Source: Octopus bimaculoides
Lineage: Eukaryota
Direction of reading: 5' to 3'
Length of the DNA: 63,475 bases
Assembly (NCBI RefSeq): GCF_001194135.2
Contig: NC_068988.1
Span: 93,972,045 to 94,035,519 of the forward strand
Shown: positions 14,083-26,814 of the stretch, one piece after another
How positions within the stretch are numbered: the first letter of the stretch is position 1
Layout: every line of letters begins with the position of its first letter
Position numbers and translations under genes: made by a program
Notes under the pieces: generated by a model
Told to the model about the DNA's origin: nothing
The model's input: only the letters and a program-made list of their open reading frames with translations
Databases searched by the model: none

Positions 14083-14250
14083 AACGACGGGCTTCTTCCA
14101 GTTTCCGTCTACCAAATCCACTCACAAGGCTTTGGTCGGCCCGAGGCTATAGTAGAAGACACTTGCTCAAGGTGCCACGCAGTGGGACTGAACCCAGGAC
14201 CATGTGGCTGGTAAGCAAGCTATTTACCACACAGCCACACCTGCACCTAT
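13715..14250 (-). mobile_element. SINE family A, full length (tRNA-like head, CORE-like box, internal TA/TG microsatellite, 3' body)
   Basis: Minus strand: head with GGGTTCAGTCCCAC B-box, then GGCACCTTGAGCAAGTGTCTT (CORE-like), AGAAGCCCGTC, (TA)n(TG)n, then a body ending GCTCCAGCATGGCCGCAGTCAAATGATTGAAAC. The same modules recur at about ten loci. Confidence 0.85.
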
Positions 14251-14525
14251 ATGGTGATGTTATCGTTATATGAGAGAAAATAACCCCAAAACAGAAATGA
14301 AACCACAAAAAAAAAATAATAAAATAAACGAAGGAAATCGAATAAAGAAGACGAAATGGTCACCTTAAGCTTCCGTTGCAGGCGATGATTTTCGGAAACT
14401 GTTTTGCATATAAGTAATACTGATATCTTCAGGATCTCTTTAGCGGAGATTTTACTACGCGTATACCAATATATATGTTTATATGTGTGTGTGGGTGTAG
14501 ATATAGTAATATATATGTGTGTGTT

Positions 14526-14567
<42 letters not shown>

Positions 14568-14909
14568 GTCATATATATGTGTGTGTTTGTGTATTTGTGT
14601 GTGTGTGTTTGTGTATTATTACAATATTTCAGCTGTTTCCCGTAGCACATTTGCATATAGCAAAGCGCCAGCGTTCACCTCCTGTTGATCATTGCATGTT
14701 TACTACTTTGCTCCTGATAATCTTAATCACGCATAATTGACCCCCGGCCGAAAAGTAAGCGCAACAGGAACGTCTAACCAATGAAGAAGAAGAAGAAAAC
14801 TACTAAAACAACTGCTGCGTATTGCGGAAGCTGGGACGGATTCTGTAAGTGCCATATATGCAAATTCAAGAAATGAAACTAGCACGTCTTCCACAAATAT
14901 TGACTATTA

Positions 14910-14962
<53 letters not shown>

Positions 14963-14986
14963 GTGTGTCTGTCTGAGCATATAATA

Positions 14987-15157
14987 CGTAGGTGCAGGTG
15001 TAGGTTGTTTCTGGGGTAAGAAGTTTGCTTCGTAGCTGCATGGTTAAGGGTTCAGTTCCACTGCGTGGCACCTGGGGCATGCGTCCTCTTTTTAGCCTCC
15101 GGCCAACCATAACCTTGTGAGTGTATTTCGTGGTCGCAAGCTGAAAGAAAACTGTTT

Positions 15158-15232
<75 letters not shown>
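14987..15232 (+). mobile_element. SINE family A, head, CORE part and microsatellite
   Basis: gtaagaagtttgcttc...gggttcagttccactgcgtggcacctgggg...ccttgtgagtg...ctgaaagaa, then (TA)n(TG)n. Confidence 0.75.
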
Positions 15233-15238
<6 letters not shown>

Positions 15239-15242
15239 ATAA

Positions 15243-15720
15243 AACTTAGGTACGTTTCGACCAAAGATTTATTTGTCCAGGCCATGTCTAACTTAATAGC
15301 ACTACCTGATAGGATTATCTAAACCCTTTTTTAAGTCAAATTTTGTTTATGGTCCATTCAAGTAGTAAGTTTTAGTTGAGTGAGTCGAATCCAGGTATGG
15401 GTGGCTTATCTGGTATTCCTTGAAGAAATCTGTCTAGACTCCTTTTAAAGCTGATAGGGTCCTTCTCCTCGTTTATCTGTTTTGGGACAAAGTTAAACAG
15501 GGCAGGACCCGTTGAAGAAAAGAAATCATCATGAAACAGGTAGGTGTTTTCCAACAGTTAGATGGCTTTCAATCCTTCATCTCAGCTAACCTTTTCTCAT
15601 CTACAATTTTAATCTTTGTGCTCCCTAACGCCTTTGATTATTCACCAATAAATGAAGCTGATCGTGAAAACTTGGAGAGTGACCACACGGCTTTTTAAAA
15701 GCTATAAGTCAGGTCGTGGT
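15243..15720 (-). mobile_element. CR1/L2-group LINE 3' end (ORF2 C-terminus and 3'UTR)
   Basis: FSSTGPALFNFVPKQI...FKRSLDRFLQGIPDKPPIPGFDSLN*NLLLEW resembles the CR1-group terminus (GPRLFNxLP...FKxxLDxFL..IPDxP..PGY...NSLLDW). A short 3'UTR ends next to a dinucleotide repeat. Confidence 0.75.
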
Positions 15721-16241
15721 GGTCAGTGGAGCCCCCTCTAAGAAAATACAAATAGTAAATGATGTTCCTCCTGTCAAGAGTTCCGGATGATCCTACTTTG
15801 TGGTAGGAAACGCAAATGAGCGAAGCAACATCAAACTCTCTCAGTCAGAGGAGGTTTTCTAATAATGAAAGTGTAGCAAAACTAACGGCAGTGTCCCCTG
15901 ATGGTCGTAGCTCTCGAACTGAAACTAGGAATAGAGGCATATATAGCAAAACATATAGACTATATAGTAAAAATAACTTTTTCACAGGTGGCAACCTGCA
16001 AAGAAATCGATGAGTAAACACTTTGCAATTGGTAGAAAACACAAAACTTGAATCAAAATCAGCAACAACAACAATAAAAAAAATAAAATTGAGACTGGCA
16101 TTTTAAGGAACCCTGCTTCCTTGTTGATGGATTCTTATCGAAGAACAACCAAAGAGACAGGTAAAATATTATCTGACAGAAACGTGGACGGGCTTCAAAG
16201 TACCCTAAAAGAAGTGGTTTAGGGAAGACAGCGGTTATATA

Positions 16242-16375
16242 TTCTTTTCTACTCTAGGCACAAGGCCCGAAATTTGGGGGAGGAGGCCAGTCGATTAGAT
16301 CGACCCAGTACGCAACTGGTACTTAATGTATCAAGCCCTTAATGATGAAAAGCAAAATCGATCTCGGCGGAATTT
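16242..16375 (-). mobile_element. SINE family B, 5'-truncated
   Basis: ctactctaggcacaaggcccgaaatt...gatcgacccagtacgcaactggtactt. Confidence 0.8.
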
Positions 16376-17084
16376 AAGACAGCAGATATATTAAAAGTTG
16401 AAGAAGGGTGATGAGAGCAAAAGACTTGGTCTTTAAAACCGCAGAAAAAAGGAGGCAGATGGAATTGGCGTACCACTATTCTCCCAAAATATATGGAGTG
16501 TACATAGAGTATACATGTACTGCACAGATATTTCTATATTTGCTATCCGGAACACAAAGATGATGTGAGGGGTAACAAACAACTTTTATGTATTTAGTTA
16601 GCACCGTAAAGGGGTACATATGACGAGAAAAAATTATCTATTTTTTTTACCCTACAAACATAACGTTGATATGCTTACCAAGGAAAATCGATAGGCTTAT
16701 ATATCATTGATTTATCGTGGAAAGATAACAAGAGTTAGCATTATTGACTAATCTATAAATTGTTATAATGACCAAGATATAGAGTGACCAGGAAAAAAAT
16801 GAGAAAAAAATTTAATTTTTAGTAAACGTATGTCTATAATTCATTAGGTATTACAGCTGTGAAGTTGAAGAGTGTCGCTGCTTTTGATAAACTTCGAGAA
16901 CATATTCCAACACGATTCCTTCAAAAGAAATTATTTTACATGTCTCATATCTTCATTTTTAATGGCGTTTTATGGTTTGTTTGATTCTTAAACAATATTT
17001 ACATCCAAATATCTCTCTTTCTCTCTCCTCTTTCCTGCTTCCTCACGTTTAATATATACATACACACGCACGCACACATATTGC

Positions 17085-17124
<40 letters not shown>

Positions 17125-17508
17125 NNNNNNNNNNNNNNNNNNNNNNNNNNNNNNNNNNNNNNNNNNNNNNNNNNNNNNNNNNNNNNNNNNNNNNNNNNNN
17201 NNNNNNNNNNNNNNNNNNNNNNNNNNNNNNNNNNNNNNNNNNNNNNNNNNNNNNNNNNNNNNNNNNNNNNNNNNNNNNNNNNNNNNNNNNNNNNNNNNNN
17301 NNNNNNNNNNNNNNNNNNNNNNNNNNNNNNNNNNNNNNNNNNNNNNNNNNNNNNNNNNNNNNNNNNNNNNNNNNNNNNNNNNNNNNNNNNNNNNNNNNNN
17401 NNNNNNNNNNNNNNNNNNNNNNNNNNNNNNNNNNNNNNTATATATAATATATACACATATATATGCAATATCTGTCTATCTCTCTCTCTCCCTCTCTCTC
17501 TTTCACTC

Positions 17509-17580
<72 letters not shown>

Positions 17581-17607
17581 GATGTGTGCATATGTATACA
17601 TATATTT

Positions 17608-17659
<52 letters not shown>

Positions 17660-17759
17660 TGCTGTGATATACTTCTGGAAAATATCTGAAGGACTTGTAC
17701 CCAACATTTTTATTGAAAGTTATGCTAGCACCGGGATGGGACTCCACTGCACAGCGTCA

Positions 17760-17915
17760 AAGACCCTAATATCGTCATCAGAGTATAGGTCGAGATAGTG
17801 CAAGAGTTTGGGTTTCACGAGCTTACAGCTCTTCAGTATACTCGCCACAAATCTGAGAGACCTACATGAGGTGGATCTAGATGTTTTGAACGCAAAACTG
17901 CATTTCCCCCTGCAT
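17760..17915 (-). mobile_element. Possible L1/Tx1-type endonuclease relic
   Basis: Minus NAVLRSKHLD...GLSDLWRV and, in another frame, YLDL loosely resemble APE motifs GDxNAVL..LD, L.D.WR and xLDR. Highly degenerate. Confidence 0.25.
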
Positions 17916-17920
17916 TAATG

Positions 17921-18112
17921 TACACGAGGGTTGTGCTGAAATTTCTTGGAGCAGTTTTGATTTTATTCACCATATTCCTCTTTCAGATTCACACACTTAT
18001 TGCAGCGATCCTTCAGTTTTCTACGCCCTGTAAAAAAACTCGGAAAGTTAGGCCTCTAGCCAAGCCTTTCGCGATGCTCTTGAAGCCAGGAACTTTTCAA
18101 CCTCCCTTCATA
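17921..18112 (-). mobile_element. ~190-bp internally deleted mariner (MITE-like), both TIRs plus the last transposase codons
   Basis: Ends are imperfect inverted repeats (TACACGAGGGTTGTGCTGAAATTTCTTGG; right end reverse complement TATGAAGGGAGGTTGAAAAGTTCCTGG). The minus strand reads, with a frameshift, FLQGV(E)KLKDRCNKCVNLKEEYGE*, like the mariner terminus GIxKLxxRWxKCV...GxY.E*. Confidence 0.75.
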
Positions 18113-19709
18113 TAGTAGTGTGATCAAAGCCTAATAATGTGTGCCATATGGGATTTGTGCCGTCTCTGTATTACGTATATGACATATTATGGGCAGAGTT
18201 CGTGGTGCATGGCACCTTTCGAACGAACAGTTTTTATATTCTGTTGTGACTATGGCTGCAGTTAGAAACAATATTGTTTATATTTATCATTATATATATT
18301 TTTTTAATTTTAATGGTTCCAAGTTATTGTTTTTATTTACTCTTCTCTGTGTCAATATAACGCTTTGATAGTTTTTGGTGAAGAAGCTTTCATCATGTGC
18401 TTGCGATCTAAACCCTTCAGACTCAAGTTTGAAATCTTCGGCTCTTCATTTATCATTGAGTAGTTTGTTATTGATTTCATTTTGGCCGAGTATTGTCCAT
18501 CTAAAGATTCTTTCTTGTAATTGTGACAGTTTGTAATTTAAATTTAGTAATAATATAAAACAACAAAAACGTCTCTGTTGTTATGTTCTCTTAGAATACT
18601 CCATCAGCTCATACTCTGATTTTAATAAGAATAAAGACCTGAAAAATACTCAGAGACGCCTGCTGTAATAAAACCAATTAGTAAAGTGTTAGCTAATATT
18701 CTTGGTGTAGTGATCCAAAATACTATTTTACTAAAATTGTACCCCTCGTGAGGGGAGAAAATATCATTTTTAGATAACCAGTTCTGGTCAAAAACGTTAA
18801 ACATGATAACAATTTAACTTAATTTATATTTCAGGTCTTTAGAAATACGATGATGACTGTAGCATACTTTTAAATTATTTGTGAAGTCTGTAGTCTAACA
18901 AATATTACCAGAACTTAGACTGATTTGAGGGACGTTGAGCTACTTTTTCTCGTAGGTCGAGCAACTTCGTAGAAGCTGCCATTGTATCCTTATGCTCGGT
19001 ATTAAGGTGAACAGGGTGATTCGGTGTGAGAAAGAGCTACTTTCCCTCTGTGCACTGCGAAGGAAGTTAAGCAAATGTTAATGAATTGTTGCGCCGAGTT
19101 TCATTATTTATTCACTAATATTACCTACCTTTCTTTCTATTGTTAGCAAGTTTGGTAGAAATTAAAATTCTGATATATTTGTAGGTATTGATGGAAGAGA
19201 AGTTGGGAAGGATAAAATAGAATTAAAACAAAACGTGCAGAGTTAATTAGAGTGTTAGAATAAAAGTGAAATTAGATAAAAGAAAGCGTTCAATATTCGA
19301 AATTTAGTTTAAAGACTTGGAAGCGTATCTAGGAAGTGAAGCAGATAGACATGATAAGAAATGAAGAAAGGCAGACGACCACTTTGGTACGTAGCTGGAA
19401 ACAAAAACAAAACAAAAAAAGGATAGGAATGACTGTATTACACACACAGCAAAGTTTTGGAGAGATTAATCTGGCTAATGAATGCAATGTTCAAATTAGT
19501 TACAGTGATTTGACGATGGAATTGGTTGAAACCAGAAGAAACAATATCTGTATTAGTACAGCCGGTTAAACAAAGACTTTGGTCAAGAAACTCTCTATGG
19601 CGGCTGGCTATTATGTTATTATTAGCAAACGGCACGTCTTATACGCCAAAGTAGTAGTAATCTTTTGGAACAATAATTAGAATTGCTGTCCAGAATATAT
19701 AGTTTCTCC

Positions 19710-19740
<31 letters not shown>

Positions 19741-19897
19741 TGTATGTATGTATGAATGTATATATGTACGTATGTATGTATGTGTGTGTATGTGCATGTA
19801 AGTGTGTGCGTTTGAACAGTTAGATATACACAGACACATAGACAATTTTGTCAGTGTTGTCAATGTAACTAATTACAAAGCAGAACTATAATCTATC

Positions 19898-19937
<40 letters not shown>

Positions 19938-20203
19938 NNNNNNNNNNNNNNNNNNNNNNNNNNNNNNNNNNNNNNNNNNNNNNNNNNNNNNNNNNNNNNN
20001 NNNNNNNNNNNNNNNNNNNNNNNNNNNNNNNNNNNNNNNNNNNNNNNNNNNNNNNNNNNNNNNNNNNNNNNNNNNNNNNNNNNNNNNNNNNNNNNNNNNN
20101 NNNNNNNNNNNNNNNNNNNNNNNNNNNNNNNNNNNNNNNNNNNNNNNNNNNNNNNNNNNNNNNNNNNNNNNNNNNNNNNNNNNNNNNNNNNNNNNNNNNN
20201 NNN

Positions 20204-20237
<34 letters not shown>

Positions 20238-20387
20238 TGTACGTTTATATTCAGGTACAGATATTGCACATATACGTACGTATGTTTAATTATATATGCA
20301 GTACATCTACAGTTACAGTGATTGTATAGACATATATACATTTATATACATATACATATGCATATATGTGTGTGCGCGCATGTATGT

Positions 20388-20625
20388 GTGGAGGCTGGTG
20401 GCTTATTGGTTAGGCTGTTGTACTCATGGTCGTAAGATTGCAGTTTCGATTCCTTGGCTGACGGATGGGTTACATTCTTTCACGAAACACTTTATTTCGT
20501 GAAATTGCTCCAATTCACTCAGCTGGCAATAATGACTAATACGACGGACTAGCGTCCCGTCCAGGAGGAGAATATATATACACACCAGAATCCCGGAAAT
20601 TGATTTTAGGAGCCTATTGAGGGGG
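20388..20625 (+). mobile_element. SINE family C, diverged
   Basis: tggcttattggttagg...gtttcgattcc...gaaacactttatttc...gacggactagcgtcccgtccagg. Confidence 0.7.
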
Positions 20626-20708
20626 AGGCACTTTCGGTCCAGTTTCTTGGCCATGGAGCGACAACGATTCTGCCAGCTCGACTCTTTGTGGCAGTTTATC
20701 ACATTATC

Positions 20709-21123
20709 AATTTACAATGTCTACATTTGATTGGGAAATGTTATAATAAACATGAAGAGCATTCCATGATGTCCATTAATAGACTGAAAGATTTTTAGAT
20801 AAAATTAAATAGCTATACATCTTTTTCTACTCTAGACACAAGGCTCAACATTTTTGGGAAGGGGATCAGTCGATTAGATCGATCCCTAGTACGCAACTGC
20901 TACTTACTTTATCATCCCTGGAAATATGAAATGCAAAGTCGACCTCAGCGGAATTTGAACTCAGCACGTAAAGGCAGATAAAATACCGCTAAGCATTTCG
21001 CCCGGCTTGCTAACGTTTCTGCCATCGCCGCCTTTAAATAGTTACTTTTCACACAACCACTCCTTAAGATATTTCTCTTGACAACGCTGCTAATTGTTAA
21101 ATATTTGTGTGTAAACGTCAGTG

Positions 21124-21162
<39 letters not shown>

Positions 21163-22001
21163 NNNNNNNNNNNNNNNNNNNNNNNNNNNNNNNNNNNNNN
21201 NNNNNNNNNNNNNNNNNNNNNNNNNNNNNNNNNNNNNNNNNNNNNNNNNNNNNNNNNNNNNNNNNNNNNNNNNNNNNNNNNNNNNNNNNNNNNNNNNNNN
21301 NNNNNNNNNNNNNNNNNNNNNNNNNNNNNNNNNNNNNNNNNNNNNNNNNNNNNNNNNNNNNNNNNNNNNNNNNNNNNNNNNNNNNNNNNNNNNNNNNNNN
21401 NNNNNNNNNNNNNNNNNNNNNNNNNNNNNNNNNNNNNNNNNNNNNNNNNNNNNNNNNNNNNNNNNNNNNNNNNNNNNNNNNNNNNNNNNNNNNNNNNNNN
21501 NNNNNNNNNNNNNNNNNNNNNNNNNNNNNNNNNNNNNNNNTATTTCATTCCGTTTCAGCAATCTTTATTTCTCTCCGTCTCTGGTCTGCAAACATACGCA
21601 CACACGCACGCACACACGCGCGCGCGCACACACAGACACATTCACACACATACAGTTAGTTGTATGCACATAGATAGAAAAAGCGAGAGAAGCAGAAAAG
21701 CGAAAGAGACTGAGTGTCAGAGTGTGTATGTATTTACGCGTGATCTAAGAAAAGAATTTTCGTGAAAGATAGTTTGGTTTCAACCAAGCACAAGTATACA
21801 ATATCCGAAAGCTTTTGTATAGATCTGGTAACAATTTCATTTGAGTCAGTAATTAACTGTTTTTCTAGTCCTTAGATTGTTGCTAATTAATTTACAGTGT
21901 CTAGATTTGATTGGGAAATGCTATAATAAACATGAAGACCATTCGATGATATCCATTCATAGACTGAAAGATTTTTAGACAAAATTAAATAGTTGTATAT
22001 C
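20709..22001 (+). repeat. 113-bp direct repeat (20709-20821 and 21889-22001), about 90% identical
   Basis: Ungapped manual alignment, 11 mismatches. Confidence 0.9.
20822..21035 (-). mobile_element. SINE family B, full length
   Basis: Collinear with 35056-35275. Confidence 0.85.
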
Positions 22002-22008
22002 ACATGTA

Positions 22009-22219
22009 TTTCAAATTTTGGCACAAGGCCAGCAATTTCGTGGGCGGATGAAACCAATTATATCGATTCCAAAGTTCAACTGGTAATTGTTTTATTGTTT
22101 CCGAAAGTATGAAAGGCAAAGTCGACTTCGGCAGTATTTGAGCTCAGAACAAATTCGAACGAAATGGCCGCTACGTATTTCGACAGGCGCGGTAACGATT
22201 CTGTGAGCTCACCTCCTTA
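22009..22219 (-). mobile_element. SINE family B, full length, alternative-tail subfamily, diverged
   Basis: The tail reads ttcaaattttggcacaaggccagcaatttc; the body is collinear with other copies. Confidence 0.8.
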
Positions 22220-22309
22220 TGGCTATTTATCATTAAATAAGCGAAATATTTCACAATGTTGAAATGTCTTCATATCCACGGACCAAACTATTTCTTTATA
22301 ATATTCTTT

Positions 22310-22500
22310 TATTCTGTAACTTGTTTCCGTCATTTGATTGCGGCCTTGCTGGAGCAACGCCTTGAAGGATTTTCGTCGAACAAATCTACTCTAGGACTTA
22401 TTTTATCGGTACCTTTTGCTGAACCGCTAATTTACAATGACGTAAACACACCAACACCGGTTGTCAAGCGGTGATGGAAGACAAACATAAGCACAAAAGT
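22310..22500 (-). mobile_element. SINE family A, 3' body
   Basis: Similar to 13735-13910. Confidence 0.75.
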
Positions 22501-22514
22501 CTAAGCTAAGAGCA

Positions 22515-22975
22515 TTAGACCCCTTTGTAAGAAAGTTAGCTAATGTGTACGGTAACAAAGACAAAAAACAAACAAACAAACTAAAAAACGAAGAACATGG
22601 TACACAATTACGAATACAAACAACAAGAAATAACAACAGGCGTCTTTCGACTGAGAACAAATCAAACTGAGCTGGCGTGCATGAAGTGAAGGCCTAAAGG
22701 CGGGAACATGGGGGATGGACATTAGAGGTGTTGGCGGTCGGCAGTCAAGCCAAGAAAGAAAGATCATGGCTGGCCGGACACCGGTCACGTGGAAGGAGAG
22801 GAGAGATGCGTAGGGGACAGCGGGATTGAAGGATTAGAAAAAAATCAGAGACAAAGAGAAAGGTACAGGGGGAGATAAACGAATGGGAAATAGTGGGAGT
22901 TAAAGAAAGAGAGGGCCAAAAAATGTGGGAGAGGGGGAGTGAGAAAAAGGAAGAAAATTAGATGGGGAGTAAACG
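22515..22975 (-). mobile_element. Unclassified repeat with a polypurine tract, possibly Penelope-derived; related segment at 34010-34170
   Basis: Abrupt compositional change and shared words (gtac..aa...aagaaa.aacaa.aggc) with 34010-34110. Confidence 0.3.
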
Positions 22976-23189
22976 ATAAAGTAAGAGTCGTACAAAATTT
23001 AGATACATACCTTCTATANNNNNNNNNNNNNNNNNNNNNNNNNNNNNNNNNNNNNNNNNNNNNNNNNNNNNNNNNNNNNNNNNNNNNNNNNNNNNNNNNN
23101 NNNNNNNNNNNNNNNNNNNNNNNNNNNNNNNNNNNNNNNNNNNNNNNNNNNNNNNNNNNNNNNNNNNNNNNNNNNNNNNNNNNNNNNAC

Positions 23190-23257
<68 letters not shown>

Positions 23258-23695
23258 TGTATATATACATGTGTGTGCGTGCGTGGATGGATAGATGTGT
23301 GTGTGTATGTGTGTGTAATCATACAGTCCACACTGCACTCAACATACAAATGTTTTACAATAAATTTCCTTAAAATTTGCCAAATATTCCACCTCCCAGA
23401 CAGTAAAGTCACTTCCAGAATCATCAAACTTTTCGATTTGACATCAAAATCTTCGATAAGATTCTACGACCAAGTTTGCTTTTTTCCTAAATAAAATGTT
23501 TCGCACTTTGTAAGCTTTAAAATACATACATATGTAGAGATACCTACACACGCGCATACTCACACACACACTCACACTCACATACACACACACATACGCA
23601 TATATATCCGTATGCATACAGGGAAATACACATGTATATTTGCATATTTACATATATCCGTCTATTTAACTGTCCTATCTATCAAAACATTTTAG

Positions 23696-23698
<3 letters not shown>

Positions 23699-23749
<51 letters not shown>

Positions 23750-23769
23750 TCTATCTTACTCTCTGTCTC

Positions 23770-23832
<63 letters not shown>
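23699..23832. repeat. (CT)n plus (CTAT)n compound microsatellite
   Basis: Direct reading. Other GATA/TATC arrays lie at about 14908-14961, 17588-17658 and 38130-38197. Confidence 0.98.
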
Positions 23833-24871
23833 CTATAGTATATAGTTTATAATTTAATTGTGACGTACAACTTGCAAACTACATCATCTTGAGGTCAGCA
23901 CAACTCTAGTCAGATTCTTCACAGGATAAAATAGAGTGCCAGCTACATTTTATACTCTTAAGAACCTGGAAACAGCTGCGCTGATGCCTAGATGAAAGAA
24001 TTTACCAAATTAAAATCGACTNNNNNNNNNNNNNNNNNNNNNNNNNNNNNNNNNNNNNNNNNNNNNNNNNNNNNNNNNNNNNNNNNNNNNNNNNNNNNNN
24101 NNNNNNNNNNNNNNNNNNNNNNNNNNNNNNNNNNNNNNNNNNNNNNNNNNNNNNNNNNNNNNNNNNNNNNNNNNNNNNNNNNNNNNNNNNNNNNNNNNNN
24201 NNNNNNNNNNNNNNNNNNNNNNNNNNNNNNNNNNNNNNNNNNNNNNNNNNNNNNNNNNNNNNNNNNNNNNNNNNNNNNNNNNNNNNNNNNNNNNNNNNNN
24301 NNNNNNNNNNNNNNNNNNNNNNNNNNNNNNNNNNNNNNNNNNNNNNNNNNNNNNNNNNNNNNNNNNNNNNNNNNNNNNNNNNNNNNNNNNNNNNNNNNNN
24401 NNNNNNNNNNNNNNNNNNNNNNNNNNNNNNNNNNNNNNNNNNNNNNNNNNNNNNNNNNNNNNNNNNNNNNNNNNNNNNNNNNNNNNNNNNNNNNNNNNNN
24501 NNNNNNNNNNNNNNNNNNNNNNNNNNNNNNNNNNNNNNNNNNNNNNNNNNNNNNNNNNNNNNNNNNNNNNNNNNNNNNNNNNNNNNNNNNNNNNNNNNNN
24601 NNNNNNNNNNNNNNNNNNNNNNNNNNNNNNNNNNNNNNNNNNNNNNNNNNNNNNNNNNNNNNNNNNNNNNNNNNNNNNNNNNNNNNNNNNNNNNNNNNNN
24701 NNNNNNNNNNNNNNNNNNNNNNNNNNNNNNNNNNNNNNNNNNNNNNNNNNNNNNNNNNNNNNNNNNNNNNNNNNNNNNNNNNNNNNNNNNNNNNNNNNNN
24801 NNNNNNNNNNNNNNNNNNNNNNNNNNNNNNNNNNNNNNNNNNNNNNNNNTATATATATATATATATATATG

Positions 24872-24902
<31 letters not shown>

Positions 24903-25007
24903 TACATACATTTATATATGTATATGTATATATACACATACATACACATATATACATACATACACACACATGTATGGAGTTATGTAGGTATGTATGTGTG
25001 ATTGTGT

Positions 25008-25275
25008 GAATGTGCATGGCTCAGTGGTGAGAGCGTCGAGATTACGATCGTGAGGTTGTGAGTTTTTCCCGGACCGGACAGCGTGTTGTGTTCTTGAGCA
25101 AGACACTTTATTTCACTTTATTGCTCCAGTCCACCCAGCAGTAGAATTGAGTTGCGACGTCATTGGTGCCAAGCTGTATCGGCCTTTGCCTTTCCCTTGG
25201 ATAACAACAATGGTCTGAAAAGGGAAGCCTGGCATGCATGGGTGGGCGACTGCTGGTCTTCCATAAAAACAACCC
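25008..25275 (+). mobile_element. SINE family C-related (tRNA head and CORE-like box, different tail)
   Basis: gcatggctcagtggtgagagcg...gtgttgtgttcttgagcaagacactttatttcac. Confidence 0.7.
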
Positions 25276-25410
25276 TAGGTTGTGCGTTCGCCAGTGAGGC
25301 CACTTCCTACCCAGACTTGTACCTCGGCGGGGAACCTCTTAGGTGTACCTATGGTCATTGGTGACCGACGGAGTCGATGTGTGAATGTATTTATTTTCTG
25401 CATGTGTACG

Positions 25411-25471
<61 letters not shown>

Positions 25472-25481
25472 NNNNNNNNNN

Positions 25482-25521
<40 letters not shown>

Positions 25522-25773
25522 GTATACACTTGCATATATATAGATACATACATACATATACTTACACACATATACTTATATATATATACACCATGCATGG
25601 AAATGCCTCTTTCTACACACACACATATATATATATATATATAAACAAAACATTCAGACACTAAGGTATGAAATAAGATGTTACCACTGGTATCAACAAT
25701 AGTAACAAACGTGGTTCACAGGCAAAAGGCATTATTTTTCTATAAATTATAAATCGGTGGTTTAATTAAGACT

Positions 25774-26168
25774 TTAACTCTTATTTCTAGCAGGTCGATG
25801 CTCTTTCGCATCCTTATGCTTCGTGCTGATTTATATATATATTTTGTTTAAAATTATTGATGTAAAGATGTAGTGGTTTTAATTTTTAAAGAAGTTAACA
25901 ACGTTTTCTGTCTGTGTAATTGTGAATGTTACGTTTAGGAACCACTTCACTGGAATTTCGAATCACTGAATTTCGAAACTGATGTAAGTCTTTTAGCAAT
26001 AACGTTGAAAAAATAATGGTTTGAATTTGCAGGAGAAAATTTGGCGAATATAATAGCCAAAACAATCGAGTGAAGGGGTGACAATGTATATATCTCCTTT
26101 GATAAGGTCTGTAAATGAAACATATTTATTTTGCCCGTTTGGTAGATAAGTATTGTGTTAAGGGTTAA
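25774..26168. mobile_element. Possible piggyBac-like MITE
   Basis: Bounded by TTAA-CTCTTA and TAAGGG-TTAA. The TIR match is only a few bases. Confidence 0.3.
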
Positions 26169-26717
26169 TGAATTTTATTACAAGTCCTGGCCAACATGAA
26201 CAGTTCTTTTAAAAAACTAACTGTGATGGTATGCCGAAGACTGGATAGCCCTAGAATGGAAAGCATTTCTTCGGATAAATTTTGTAAAATGGTTTAATGA
26301 AATGAAGTAATTTCAAAATGAGTTATAAAAATTAAAATTATCAGTTGAATGTTTCAAAAGTTATGTTTTGGTAGAGCAGTTTTGTATAGGAACACATTAG
26401 GAAAATATATATGAATACACCCTGTCTGTGTTTTCACACTCACACACACACCCAGAGATATTACACATTTGTGTTCTGTTTATGCATGTTTATACACACA
26501 CTCACACACACACATTCTTTTATTCTTATATATAATATATATATATATAATGTATGTTGGTGTGTATGTATGTATATATGTGTGTGTGTATGTATTTATA
26601 TGTAAACTTATATATATATCATATACAAATTTATATACATGTAATAGATATATATTTACACACATATACACACATTCACACATTAAACATATATGTATAT
26701 ATATACATATACATATG

Positions 26718-26779
<62 letters not shown>

Positions 26780-26814
26780 CATACGTATATAAATATATAT
26801 ATATATCTATATAT

